Shown here: positions 20,701 through 29,445 of the stretch, piece by piece
How positions within the stretch are numbered: the first letter of the stretch is position 1
How the letters are laid out: each line of letters begins with the position of its first letter
From: Bacteroidota bacterium
Lineage (GTDB): Bacteria > Bacteroidota > Bacteroidia > AKYH767-A > 2013-40CM-41-45
NCBI GenBank assembly: GCA_043787975.1
Contig: JAYVUK010000016.1
Span: 351-64,350 of the forward strand
Length of the DNA: 64,000 nt
Direction: 5' to 3'
Translations under genes and position numbers: made by a program
The notes under the pieces: model-generated
The model's input: the letters and a program-made list of their open reading frames with translations, nothing else
The model's database searches: none
What the model was told of the DNA's origin: nothing

Positions 20701-21681
20701 ATGAGTCGTGTATTAATAACCGGTGCGGCCGGATTTCTAGGATCACACCTGAGTGACCGCTTTATTAAAGAAGGATTCCATGTCATCGGCATGGATAATC
20801 TCATTACGGGCTCTGTAAAAAACATCGAACATCTTTATAAGTTGAAGGAGTTTGAATTTTATCACCACGATGTTTCAAAGTTTGTTCATGTGCCGGGCGA
20901 GCTCGATTACATTCTTCATTTTGCATCCCCTGCAAGCCCGATTGATTATTTAAAAATTCCAATCCAGACATTGAAGGTAGGTTCGCTTGGAACTCACAAC
21001 CTGCTTGGCTTAGCCAAGTCAAAGAAGGCCAGAATACTTGTTGCCTCTACCTCTGAAGTATATGGCGATCCGCTCGTGCATCCGCAGAACGAAGATTACT
21101 GGGGCAATGTGAATCCCGTAGGTCCGCGTGGTGTGTATGACGAAGCGAAACGTTTCCAGGAAGCGATCACCATGGCGTATCATACGTATCATCATCTTGA
21201 AACACGCATCGCACGTATCTTCAATACATACGGTCCACGCATGAGGTTGAATGATGGTCGGGTGCTTCCGGCATTCATCGGTCAGGCCTTGCGCGGAGAA
21301 GATTTAACTGTATTTGGTGATGGAAGCCAGACCCGTTCATTTTGCTATGTGGATGATTTGGTGGAAGGAATTTATCGTTTGCTGATGAGCGACTATCCGC
21401 ATCCTGTTAACATCGGAAATCCGGATGAGATAACAATCAAAGATTTTGCTGAAGAAATAATTCGCCTGACCGGAACGCAACAAAAAGTAATCTACAAATC
21501 GTTACCTACGGATGATCCGAAACAACGGCAACCTGATATTACCCGTGCAAAAGCTATTCTTGACTGGCAACCAAAAATAAACCGTGCTGAAGGTTTAAAA
21601 ATCACCTATCAATATTTCAAAAATCTTCCGGCGGACGAATTGTATAATACGGCTCACCGGTCATTCAAAGAAAAAGTATAA
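20701..21681 (+). CDS. UDP-glucuronate decarboxylase (UDP-xylose synthase), NAD-dependent SDR
   Basis: [34 protein letters not shown]...[19 protein letters not shown]. Hallmark UXS motifs. Confidence 0.85.
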   Translation: MSRVLITGAAGFLGSHLSDRFIKEGFHVIGMDNLITGSVKNIEHLYKLKEFEFYHHDVSKFVHVPGELDYILHFASPASPIDYLKIPIQTLKVGSLGTHNLLGLAKSKKARILVASTSEVYGDPLVHPQNEDYWGNVNPVGPRGVYDEAKRFQEAITMAYHTYHHLETRIARIFNTYGPRMRLNDGRVLPAFIGQALRGEDLTVFGDGSQTRSFCYVDDLVEGIYRLLMSDYPHPVNIGNPDEITIKDFAEEIIRLTGTQQKVIYKSLPTDDPKQRQPDITRAKAILDWQPKINRAEGLKITYQYFKNLPADELYNTAHRSFKEKV

Positions 21682-21686
21682 CAAAT

Positions 21687-21741
21687 GTTTACGGTTTACA
21701 AGTTTACGGTTTACGTAAACCGTAAACCGTAAACCGTAAAC
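21687..21741. repeat. Intergenic palindromic repeat: GTTTAC(G/A) x4 followed by GTAAAC(C/G) x4, with a perfect 26-bp palindrome at its centre
   Basis: GTTTACGGTTTACAAGTTTACGGTTTAC|GTAAACCGTAAACCGTAAACGGTAAAC. Centre GTTTACGGTTTACGTAAACCGTAAAC is self-complementary. Confidence 0.75.
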
Positions 21742-21755
21742 GGTAAACAAAGATA

Positions 21756-22343
21756 ATGTCAGAACAAAACTCAACATACTTCGCCCATCCGACCGCTGTG
21801 ATTGATGATGGTTGTATCCTTGGAAAAGGAACGAAGATCTGGCACTTCTCTCACCTCATGACCGGTTGCGTGATCGGTGAACATTGTAACCTTGGACAAA
21901 ACGTAGTGGTGTCTTCGGGAGTCGTGTTAGGAAATAATGTGAAAGTTCAGAACAATGTTTCTATTTACACCGGAGTTACCTGTGATGATGATGTATTTCT
22001 CGGACCTTCTGTGGTGTTCACGAATGTGATTAATCCTAGAAGTGCTGTCAGCCGGAAAAATCAGTACGCCAAAACACACGTCGGAAAAGGTGCTTCAGTT
22101 GGCGCCAATGCAACCATTGTGTGTGGACATAACATTGGTGAGTTTGCATTCATCGGTGCAGGAGCAGTGGTTACAAAAGACATTCCTGCTTATGCACTTG
22201 TCATCGGAAACCCTGCCCGTCACGCAGGATGGATGAGTGAATTCGGACATCCTTTGAAATTTGACTCAACCGGAATTGCTGTTTGCATAGAAAGTAAACA
22301 GGAATATAAACTTGAAGGAAATAAAGTCAAAAGAACAAAATAG
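21756..22343 (+). CDS. Hexapeptide-repeat N-acetyltransferase, WbpD/WlbB-like (UDP-2-acetamido-3-amino-2,3-dideoxy-glucuronate N-acetyltransferase family)
   Basis: Left-handed beta-helix repeats. HPTAVIDDG...KIWHFSHL...[14 protein letters not shown]...[49 protein letters not shown] is characteristic of WbpD-type enzymes. Confidence 0.7.
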   Translation: MSEQNSTYFAHPTAVIDDGCILGKGTKIWHFSHLMTGCVIGEHCNLGQNVVVSSGVVLGNNVKVQNNVSIYTGVTCDDDVFLGPSVVFTNVINPRSAVSRKNQYAKTHVGKGASVGANATIVCGHNIGEFAFIGAGAVVTKDIPAYALVIGNPARHAGWMSEFGHPLKFDSTGIAVCIESKQEYKLEGNKVKRTK

Positions 22344-22349
22344 TATTTT

Positions 22350-22406
22350 CGGTTTCCGGTTTACTGTTAACGTAAACTGTAAACTGTAAACACGAAACTG
22401 TAAACA
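22350..22406. repeat. Intergenic repeat: GTTTAC hairpin followed by GTAAACT direct repeats (five GTAAAC/GAAAC copies)
   Basis: CGGTTTACTGTTAACGTAAACTGTAAACTGTAAACACGAAACTGTAAAC. Same hexamer family as 21687-21741 and 26997-27065. Confidence 0.7.
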
Positions 22407-22410
22407 GAAA

Positions 22411-23451
22411 ATGTTAGACGAAAAATCAAAAATAAAATTTGCAATCGTTGGAAGCGGACACATTGGAAAGCGCCATGCAGAAATGATCCGGAGAAATCCC
22501 GAATCTGAATTGGTGGCCATGTCTGATATTAAAACGAAATCCGAACTCGGGTTGAGTGATCTTGAAGTCCCTTTTCTCACTTCCATGGACGAGCTGTTGA
22601 AATCGAACATTGATTTTGATGTCGTCAGTATTTGCACTCCGAATGGTTTGCATGCCGAACAATGTCTCAAAGCACTTGATAACAAAAAACACGTTGTCAT
22701 TGAAAAACCAATGGCACTCACCGTTGCCGATTGTGAAAAAATTATCTTCAAAGCATTACAGGTTTCACGACAGGTTTTTTGCGTGATGCAGAACCGATAT
22801 TCCCCTCCGTCAATCTGGATGAAGGATGTTGTGGATAGAAACCTGTTGGGAAAAATCTTTCTCGTTCAGTTGAATTGTTACTGGAACAGGGATGAGCGCT
22901 ATTATACCGGAAAAAACTGGAAAGGAAATGCTGACTTAGACGGAGGAACGTTGTTCACGCAATTCTCTCACTTCATTGACATCATGTATTGGCTCTTTGG
23001 CGATATCAATGGCATACAAGGTAAGTTTGCTGACTTCAGCCATCAACAAACAACAGCATTCGAAGATTCCGGGCTCGTCACCTTTAATTTTGTGAATGGA
23101 GGAATGGGAAGTCTTAATTATTCAACTTCTGTGTGGGATAAAAATCTTGAAAGTAGTATCACCGTCATTGGAGAAAACGGCAGTATAAAAATTGGCGGAC
23201 AGTACATGAACGAAGTTGAACATTGTCACATTAAAAACTATACGATGCCTGAACTTGCTCCCGGCAATCCTGCAAATGATTATGGTGTGTACAAAGGCTC
23301 TGCGGCGAATCATCATTACATTTTTGAAAATGTCATTGACACCCTGAAAGGCAGAACCATTGCAACAACGAATGCTCTTGAAGGATTGAAAGTGGTTGAT
23401 ATCATCGAGCGGATTTACGCGCTGCGTAAATTAAAAAAACTTCAGAAGTAA
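22411..23451 (+). CDS. Gfo/Idh/MocA-family oxidoreductase, WbpB-like (UDP-GlcNAcA 3-dehydrogenase family)
   Basis: N-terminal Rossmann KFAIVGSGHIGKRHAEMI and overall Gfo/Idh/MocA architecture. It is next to the WbpD-like gene. Confidence 0.7.
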   Translation: MLDEKSKIKFAIVGSGHIGKRHAEMIRRNPESELVAMSDIKTKSELGLSDLEVPFLTSMDELLKSNIDFDVVSICTPNGLHAEQCLKALDNKKHVVIEKPMALTVADCEKIIFKALQVSRQVFCVMQNRYSPPSIWMKDVVDRNLLGKIFLVQLNCYWNRDERYYTGKNWKGNADLDGGTLFTQFSHFIDIMYWLFGDINGIQGKFADFSHQQTTAFEDSGLVTFNFVNGGMGSLNYSTSVWDKNLESSITVIGENGSIKIGGQYMNEVEHCHIKNYTMPELAPGNPANDYGVYKGSAANHHYIFENVIDTLKGRTIATTNALEGLKVVDIIERIYALRKLKKLQK

Positions 23452-23524
23452 ATTAGCTGATTTGCAGATTAGCTAATTAGCTAATTATCACATCGACCCA
23501 TTATCAAATTATCAAATCAAATTT
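23452..23524. repeat. Intergenic element with self-complementary ATTAGCTAATTAGCTAAT and direct TTATCAAA repeats
   Basis: AATTAGCTGATTTGCAGATTAGCTAATTAGCTAATTATCA...ATTATCAAATTATCAAATCAAATTT immediately upstream of the dehydrogenase gene. Confidence 0.5.
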
Positions 23525-24814
23525 ATGTACCAGGATTTAAAAGAAAAGAAAAGAAAATTAGCCGTGCTCGGTTTAGGATATGTCGGTTTACCGATTGCTC
23601 TTGAGTTTGCAAAAAAAATCAGCGTCATCGGTTTTGACATCAGCGAGGAGCGGATCGGGAAAATGAAAAATGGAATTGATCCAAGCGGAGAACTTGATTC
23701 AGATGATTTCAAAAATTGCGACATTGAATTCACAGCCGACCAGGCAAAATTAAAAGATGCGTCTTTTTTTATTGTCACAGTTCCGACGCCGATTGACGAA
23801 CACAACCTGCCGGATCTTCGTCCTCTCTTGAGTGCTACCAAATACATTGGGAAAGCGCTGAAGAAAGGCGACTACGTGGTGTATGAATCCACTGTTTATC
23901 CCGGTTGTACAGAAGAAGATTGCCTTCCGATTCTCGAAGAACTTTCAGGACTGAAATGCAAACAGGATTTTAAACTTGGATTTTCACCGGAACGAATCAA
24001 TCCCGGTGACAAGGAACACACCATTTCAAAAATTCTTAAGGTAGTTTCAGGATGCGATGATGAAGCGCTTGACAACATTGCAAAAACGTATGAGATCATT
24101 GTGAATGCCGGAGTATTCAAAGCTGCTTCCATTAAAGTTGCAGAAGCAGCAAAGATCATTGAGAATACACAGCGCGATGTGAACATTGCTTTGATGAATG
24201 AGCTTTCTATCATCTTCAATAAAATGGGCATCAATACGTATGATGTACTGAAGGCTGCAGGCACCAAATGGAATTTCATTAATTTTTTCCCGGGTCTTGT
24301 GGGCGGTCATTGCATCGGCGTAGATCCTTATTATCTTACTTACAAAGCACAGGAAGTCGGGTACCACGCGCAGGTCATCAACAGCGGACGATATGTGAAT
24401 GACAGCATGGGATTTTATGTCGCCAAACAAACGGTGAAAAAAATTATTGCAACAGGTAAAGATGTTTCGAAATCAAAAGTGCTGGTGATGGGTGCAACAT
24501 TCAAAGAAAATGTGGAAGACATTCGCAATTCAAAAGTTGCCGATGTCGTGAAAGAATTGATTTCATACGGTGTACAAGTAGATGTGACCGATCCGAAAGC
24601 AGATTCAAAACACATGAAACATGAATATGGTTTTGACCTCGTGGAAAAAATCGGAACTGATTACGATGCCGTCATTGTCGCGGTGAATCATACCGAATAT
24701 ATCAACCTGGATGAAAAATATTTTCAATCCATCACCGGGAAAGATGCGATCATCGTTGACCTGAAAGGAATTTACAAAGACAGAATAGAAAACCTTACTT
24801 ATTGGAGTTTGTAA
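23525..24814 (+). CDS. UDP-N-acetyl-D-glucosamine/mannosamine 6-dehydrogenase (nucleotide-sugar dehydrogenase, WbpA/TviB/WecC family)
   Basis: KLAVLGLGYVGLPIALEFAKK, catalytic region GGHCIGVDPYYL, three-domain UDP-glucose/GDP-mannose dehydrogenase layout. Confidence 0.85.
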   Translation: MYQDLKEKKRKLAVLGLGYVGLPIALEFAKKISVIGFDISEERIGKMKNGIDPSGELDSDDFKNCDIEFTADQAKLKDASFFIVTVPTPIDEHNLPDLRPLLSATKYIGKALKKGDYVVYESTVYPGCTEEDCLPILEELSGLKCKQDFKLGFSPERINPGDKEHTISKILKVVSGCDDEALDNIAKTYEIIVNAGVFKAASIKVAEAAKIIENTQRDVNIALMNELSIIFNKMGINTYDVLKAAGTKWNFINFFPGLVGGHCIGVDPYYLTYKAQEVGYHAQVINSGRYVNDSMGFYVAKQTVKKIIATGKDVSKSKVLVMGATFKENVEDIRNSKVADVVKELISYGVQVDVTDPKADSKHMKHEYGFDLVEKIGTDYDAVIVAVNHTEYINLDEKYFQSITGKDAIIVDLKGIYKDRIENLTYWSL

Positions 24815-24816
24815 GC

Positions 24817-24847
24817 TACGAATACGAATCAATACGAATTTACGAAT
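24817..24847. repeat. Intergenic TACGAAT x4 repeat array
   Basis: CTACGAATACGAATCAATACGAATTTACGAATAGCG. Near-identical to the array at 20057-20094. Confidence 0.7.
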
Positions 24848-24855
24848 AGCGTTTC

Positions 24856-25887
24856 ATGAAAAATATTTTAGTTACGGGTGGTACGGGGTACATTGGTTCG
24901 CATACGGTTGTCGAGTTGCTGAATTCAGGTTATCATGTTTTAATCATTGACAACCTGAGTAATTCAAGAATCGAAGTGGTGGAAAGCATCTATAAAATCA
25001 CCGGCAAGCGCCTTTCTTTTTTTGAAATTGATTTGTGTGACAGCGTTGCTGTAAAGAATTTTTTTGATGAAAACAGCGTTGACGCAACCATCCACTTTGC
25101 AGCGTTCAAAGCAGTTGGCGAATCCGTAGAACATCCGTTAAAATACTACCGCAACAATCTTCTTTCATTGATCAACCTGTTGCAAAATTATTCCGAAAAA
25201 AAACTTGACAATTTTGTTTTTTCTTCATCCTGTTCAGTGTACGGCCAGGCTGCAAAACTTCCCGTTGATGAAAGCACACCATTTCAAAAAGCAGAATCTC
25301 CTTACGGGCATACAAAACAAATTAGTGAGGAAATACTTGCCGGTACTGTTCGCGCAAACAATTTCAACACGATCGCATTGCGATACTTCAACCCGGGAGG
25401 TGCTCATGAAAGCGCATTGATCGGTGAGTACCCGCTTCATGCTCCGAATAACCTCGTTCCTGTCATTACACAAACAGCAATTGGCTTACGCAACTCTACG
25501 ACTGTTTTCGGAAACGATTATTCAACTCCTGACGGAACCTGTATCCGCGATTACATTCATGTCGTGGATATTGCCAAAGCCCACGTAGTGGCAATTGAAC
25601 GGTTGATGGACAAAAAAAATAAAAACCAATTCGAGGTGTTTAATCTCGGAACGGGAAAAGGGAATTCTGTGCTGGAAGCAATTCACGCATTTGAAAAAGT
25701 AGCCGGGATGAAATTGAATTACACCATCGGCAAACGAAGACCGGGTGATGTGGAAAAAGTATGGGCTGATACAACGCTTGCAAACAACGAGTTCGGATGG
25801 AAAGCCAAACTTTCATTGGAAGACATTATGCACTCAGCCTGGATGTGGGAAAAGAAAATGAATGAAAAATTGAAAATTGAAAATTGA
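24856..25887 (+). CDS. galE: UDP-glucose 4-epimerase
   Basis: ILVTGGTGYIGSH, YxxxK (PYGHTKQISEE), full-length GalE-like SDR. Confidence 0.85.
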   Translation: MKNILVTGGTGYIGSHTVVELLNSGYHVLIIDNLSNSRIEVVESIYKITGKRLSFFEIDLCDSVAVKNFFDENSVDATIHFAAFKAVGESVEHPLKYYRNNLLSLINLLQNYSEKKLDNFVFSSSCSVYGQAAKLPVDESTPFQKAESPYGHTKQISEEILAGTVRANNFNTIALRYFNPGGAHESALIGEYPLHAPNNLVPVITQTAIGLRNSTTVFGNDYSTPDGTCIRDYIHVVDIAKAHVVAIERLMDKKNKNQFEVFNLGTGKGNSVLEAIHAFEKVAGMKLNYTIGKRRPGDVEKVWADTTLANNEFGWKAKLSLEDIMHSAWMWEKKMNEKLKIEN

Positions 25888-25899
25888 AAATTGAAAATT
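25864..25899. repeat. Heptanucleotide tandem repeat (TGAAAAT/GAAAATT) x5 spanning the galE stop codon
   Basis: GAAAAATTGAAAATTGAAAATTGAAAATTGAAAATT. It encodes the galE C-terminus KLKIEN and contains the TGA stop. Confidence 0.8.
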
Positions 25900-25912
25900 A
25901 TTTTTTCACGCA

Positions 25913-26992
25913 ATGATTTTTAAAAAACATATATTATTAACCGGCGGTGCAGGTTTCATCGGGTCACATGTAGTACGGTTGTTTGTCAACAAGTATCTTC
26001 ACTATAAAATTGTGAACCTTGACAACCTCACATACGCTGGCAATCTTGAAAACCTGAAAGACATTGAGCACAAGGAAAACTACGAGTTTATAAAAGGTGA
26101 CGTCGTCGACAGTACCTTTATTCAACATCTTTTCTCCGAAAAAAAATTTGATGCTGTCATCCATCTTGCAGCCGAATCGCATGTTGATCGGAGCATTGCC
26201 AACCCAATGGACTTTATCATGACAAATGTTGTCGGAACGGTCAATCTTTTAAACGCAGCGAAGAATAATTGGCAACATCCAAATCCTGAATCTGAAAGTT
26301 CAAATCTTTTTTATCATATCAGTACCGATGAAGTATACGGTTCACTTGAAATACATTCAGAAAAAAAATTTACAGAAGACACTCCCTACGATCCTCACAG
26401 CCCGTACTCGGCTTCGAAAGCAAGCTCCGATCATTTTGTCCGTGCATATTATGACACCTACAAATTCCCTGTTGTAATTTCCAATTGCTCCAACAACTAC
26501 GGATCACATCATTTTCCCGAAAAATTAATTCCGCTTGCCATTCATAATATTAAAAACAACAAACCCATTCCTGTTTATGGACAAGGTGAAAACGTTCGTG
26601 ATTGGTTGTTTGTGGAAGACCATGCAAGAGCGATTGATGTGATATTCCACCAGGCAAAAGCCGGAGAAACATACAACATCGGCGGAAACAACGAATGGAA
26701 GAACATTGACCTAATTCATTTACTCTGTGAAATCATGGATCGCAAACTGAATCGCTCAACAGGTTCTTCAGCAAAACTGATTACATTCGTGAAAGACAGG
26801 GCAGGACATGACCTGCGTTATGCCATTGACTCTTCAAAACTTCAGCGGGAACTTGGATGGAAACCTTCCCTGAAATTGGAAGAAGGACTTGAAAAAACTG
26901 TTGACTGGTATTTATCCAACGAAGAATGGCTAAACCATGTCACTTCAGGTAATTATAAAAAGTATTATGAGCAACAATATTCACACAGATAA
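25913..26992 (+). CDS. rfbB: dTDP-glucose 4,6-dehydratase
   Basis: ILLTGGAGFIGSH, HLAAESHVDRSI, YSASKASSDHFVRAY. Canonical RfbB motifs. Confidence 0.9.
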   Translation: MIFKKHILLTGGAGFIGSHVVRLFVNKYLHYKIVNLDNLTYAGNLENLKDIEHKENYEFIKGDVVDSTFIQHLFSEKKFDAVIHLAAESHVDRSIANPMDFIMTNVVGTVNLLNAAKNNWQHPNPESESSNLFYHISTDEVYGSLEIHSEKKFTEDTPYDPHSPYSASKASSDHFVRAYYDTYKFPVVISNCSNNYGSHHFPEKLIPLAIHNIKNNKPIPVYGQGENVRDWLFVEDHARAIDVIFHQAKAGETYNIGGNNEWKNIDLIHLLCEIMDRKLNRSTGSSAKLITFVKDRAGHDLRYAIDSSKLQRELGWKPSLKLEEGLEKTVDWYLSNEEWLNHVTSGNYKKYYEQQYSHR

Positions 26993-26996
26993 GGTA

Positions 26997-27065
26997 TACG
27001 GTTTACAGTTTACAGTTTACCATCTTTGACAACACTTGTAAACCGTAAACAATAAACCGTAAACT
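26997..27065. repeat. Intergenic inverted-repeat element: GTTTACA x3 ... ~18-nt loop ... GTAAAC x3
   Basis: ACGGTTTACAGTTTACAGTTTACCATCTTTGACAACACTTGTAAACCGTAAACAATAAACCGTAAAC. Confidence 0.7.
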
Positions 27066-27068
27066 GAT

Positions 27069-28064
27069 TTGATGTACGAAAAATCTTTTCATAGCGAATC
27101 ATTGAATGACAAAACTTTTCTTGTCACAGGTGGAGCCGGTTTTATCGGATCCAACCTGGTTGAATACTTATTGAAATACGGAGCTGCAAAAGTTCGTGTA
27201 CTCGACAACTTGCTTACTAGCAAAATAGAAAACATAAAACCGTTTTTATCTCATCCGAATTTTGAATTCATAGAAGGAGATATTCGCGATCTTGAATCAT
27301 GCAGACAGGCATGCGATAAAATTCAGTTTGTCTCGCACCAAGCTGCACTTGGATCGGTGCCGCGTTCGGTGAACGACCCGATTACGTCTCATGAAATCAA
27401 TTCGACGGGTTTTTTAAACATGCTGGTTGCTGCACGTTATGAAAAGGTGAAGAGAATCGTGTATGCAAGTTCTTCTTCTGTGTATGGCGATCATCCGTTG
27501 CTGCCGAAGAAGGAAGATGAAACGGGAAATTTACTCTCACCATATGCTGTCACAAAAGAAACAAACGAACTGTATGCCGCCGTGTTTGCTTCAACCTACA
27601 AAATGCAGATTACAGGTTTACGGTATTTCAATATATTCGGTCCGAAGCAAAGCCCGGATGGACCTTATGCTGCGGTAATTCCATTGTTTATTCAATCCGT
27701 CCTGCAAAACAAATCACCCTTCATTGATGGTGATGGAGGCCAAACACGCGATTTTACATTTGTAGAAAATGCTGTTCAGGCCAACATGAAAGCCATGCTT
27801 TGCAAGGATGACAAGGCGATGAATACGGTATACAATGTGGCTGTCGGTGAGCGCATTTCCATCCGTGAACTTTTCAACTTGATTGCCGAACTCGGTAAAG
27901 TGAAATTAAATCCGGTTCATCGTGAAACACGGGCAGGCGATATCCGCGATTCACTTGCTGATATTTCAAAGTCAAAAAAATTGCTTGGATACGAACCGAC
28001 AACTTTTATCAAAGAAGGTTTGCAGATTACACTCGATTGGTTCAGGCAAAACATGCCATCTTAA
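27069..28064 (+). CDS. NAD-dependent nucleotide-sugar 4-epimerase, WbpP/TviC-like (UDP-GlcNAc / UDP-GlcNAcA C4 epimerase family)
   Basis: FLVTGGAGFIGSNL, YASSSSVYGD, YAVTKETNELY. Extended SDR of the CapD/WbpP type. Confidence 0.75.
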   Translation: MMYEKSFHSESLNDKTFLVTGGAGFIGSNLVEYLLKYGAAKVRVLDNLLTSKIENIKPFLSHPNFEFIEGDIRDLESCRQACDKIQFVSHQAALGSVPRSVNDPITSHEINSTGFLNMLVAARYEKVKRIVYASSSSVYGDHPLLPKKEDETGNLLSPYAVTKETNELYAAVFASTYKMQITGLRYFNIFGPKQSPDGPYAAVIPLFIQSVLQNKSPFIDGDGGQTRDFTFVENAVQANMKAMLCKDDKAMNTVYNVAVGERISIRELFNLIAELGKVKLNPVHRETRAGDIRDSLADISKSKKLLGYEPTTFIKEGLQITLDWFRQNMPS

Positions 28065-28073
28065 TTTTCACGA

Positions 28074-28829
28074 ATGAGTTTTTTAAAAAACCTTTTTTCC
28101 GGGAAATCGAAAGAACCACCATTCCCTTCAATCACAGATTATTCCGGTGTAGTTACCGATATTCATTCTCACCTGATTCCAAACATTGATGACGGAGTAA
28201 AGTCGGATGAAGAGTGCGCTGAAATGCTTCGGGCCTTTGTAAGTCTTGGCTATAAGAAGGTAATCACAACGCCACACATCATGCATGATCATTACCGAAA
28301 CACGCCCGAAATAATTCTTGAAGGACTGGAAAAAATAAAAGCTGTTGCTGCGAAAGAAAATATCCCCATAACGATTGATGCTGCTGCGGAGTATTATATT
28401 GATGAAGGCTTTATGCAAAAATTATCGTCCGGAAAAATTCTTACAATCAACGGAAAATATTTGCTGGTGGAAATTTCATACATGAATCCTCCCGACAATT
28501 TACCCCAGGCTTTTTTTGAAATCGGTCTTGCAGGTTACACACCTTTACTTGCTCATCCTGAGCGCTACCCTTTTTGGTATCCGAAGTTTGATGAATACCG
28601 TAGATTAAAAGACCAGGGAATATTATTCCAGGTGAACATTGGTTCCATTGCCGGATATTACGGTCCGGGAGCCAAGAAAATTGCCGAAAAATTGATCGAT
28701 GAAAATTTAGTTGACTTCATCGGAAGTGATCTCCACGGTGATCGACACCTCCAGGCAATGAAGATTGCGCTCAACGATAAATATTTGTGGAAATTAGTCG
28801 GAAGAGGACTAAAAAACTCTACCCTCTGA
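28074..28829 (+). CDS. PHP-family protein-tyrosine phosphatase, CpsB/YwqE type (capsule biosynthesis)
   Basis: DIHSHLIPNIDDG metal-binding motif at the N-terminus and C-terminal HPERY, DLHG motifs. Confidence 0.8.
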   Translation: MSFLKNLFSGKSKEPPFPSITDYSGVVTDIHSHLIPNIDDGVKSDEECAEMLRAFVSLGYKKVITTPHIMHDHYRNTPEIILEGLEKIKAVAAKENIPITIDAAAEYYIDEGFMQKLSSGKILTINGKYLLVEISYMNPPDNLPQAFFEIGLAGYTPLLAHPERYPFWYPKFDEYRRLKDQGILFQVNIGSIAGYYGPGAKKIAEKLIDENLVDFIGSDLHGDRHLQAMKIALNDKYLWKLVGRGLKNSTL

Positions 28830-28834
28830 TTTTA

Positions 28835-29308
28835 TTATTTGCCTTTCGCAGAATCTTTTTTCTCATCCATCGTGCATCCTTTCTTCATGTCATGATTGCA
28901 CTCTTTTCCGCCTTCTTCCATTTCATCACAACATTTTCCATGTGACTCCTTCATTTCATCGCACTGTTTTCCTGAACAGCACTCTTCCCCGCCTGTCCGG
29001 CAAGCAGGCATTTCATGACAACCTGAGTGCATCCCGCAATCGCCTTTCATACCATTCATGTGAACATGTTTCTCAATCATCATTTCAGGCATACAATTTT
29101 CCGAAGGAGTACAGATTCCTGTGCGGCACGCCATCCGGCATGCTCCTCTTCCAAGCTGGCAAAGCAAGCTAAGGCCCGCAACGATGAGAACGCACCAGGA
29201 AATAAATTTGAATAATTTTCCGAGGCTTTCAGCTTTTGTTTTCGCAAGGAGATACATGCCTGCTACCAAGGCAAGCAATGTAAAAGCAATAGAGAGATAA
29301 AGGTTCAT
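28835..29308 (-). CDS. Small membrane protein (2 predicted TM helices) with a ~100-aa Cys/His/Met/Glu-rich tail; putative metal-binding
   Basis: MNLYLSIAFTLLALVAGMYLL...WCVLIVAGLSLLC then CRMACRTGICTPSENCMPEMMIEKHVHMNGMKGDCGMHSGCHEMPACRTGGEECCSGKQCDEMKESHGKCCDEMEEGGKECNHDMKKGCTMDEK. Last gene of the minus-strand GT2 operon. I do not recognise a family. Confidence 0.6.
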   Translation of the reverse strand: MNLYLSIAFTLLALVAGMYLLAKTKAESLGKLFKFISWCVLIVAGLSLLCQLGRGACRMACRTGICTPSENCMPEMMIEKHVHMNGMKGDCGMHSGCHEMPACRTGGEECCSGKQCDEMKESHGKCCDEMEEGGKECNHDMKKGCTMDEKKDSAKGK

Positions 29309-29445
29309 GGTTTATCGTTTTTGTTTGTCTGACAAAGATAGAGTGTTATATTACAAGTGAAGCGTCAGCATGAATAAGATCACAACACAGTTAATAACAA
29401 CAAAAGAAAGTTAAATGGATTCACTAAAGTGGATTCCGCTCTCAT

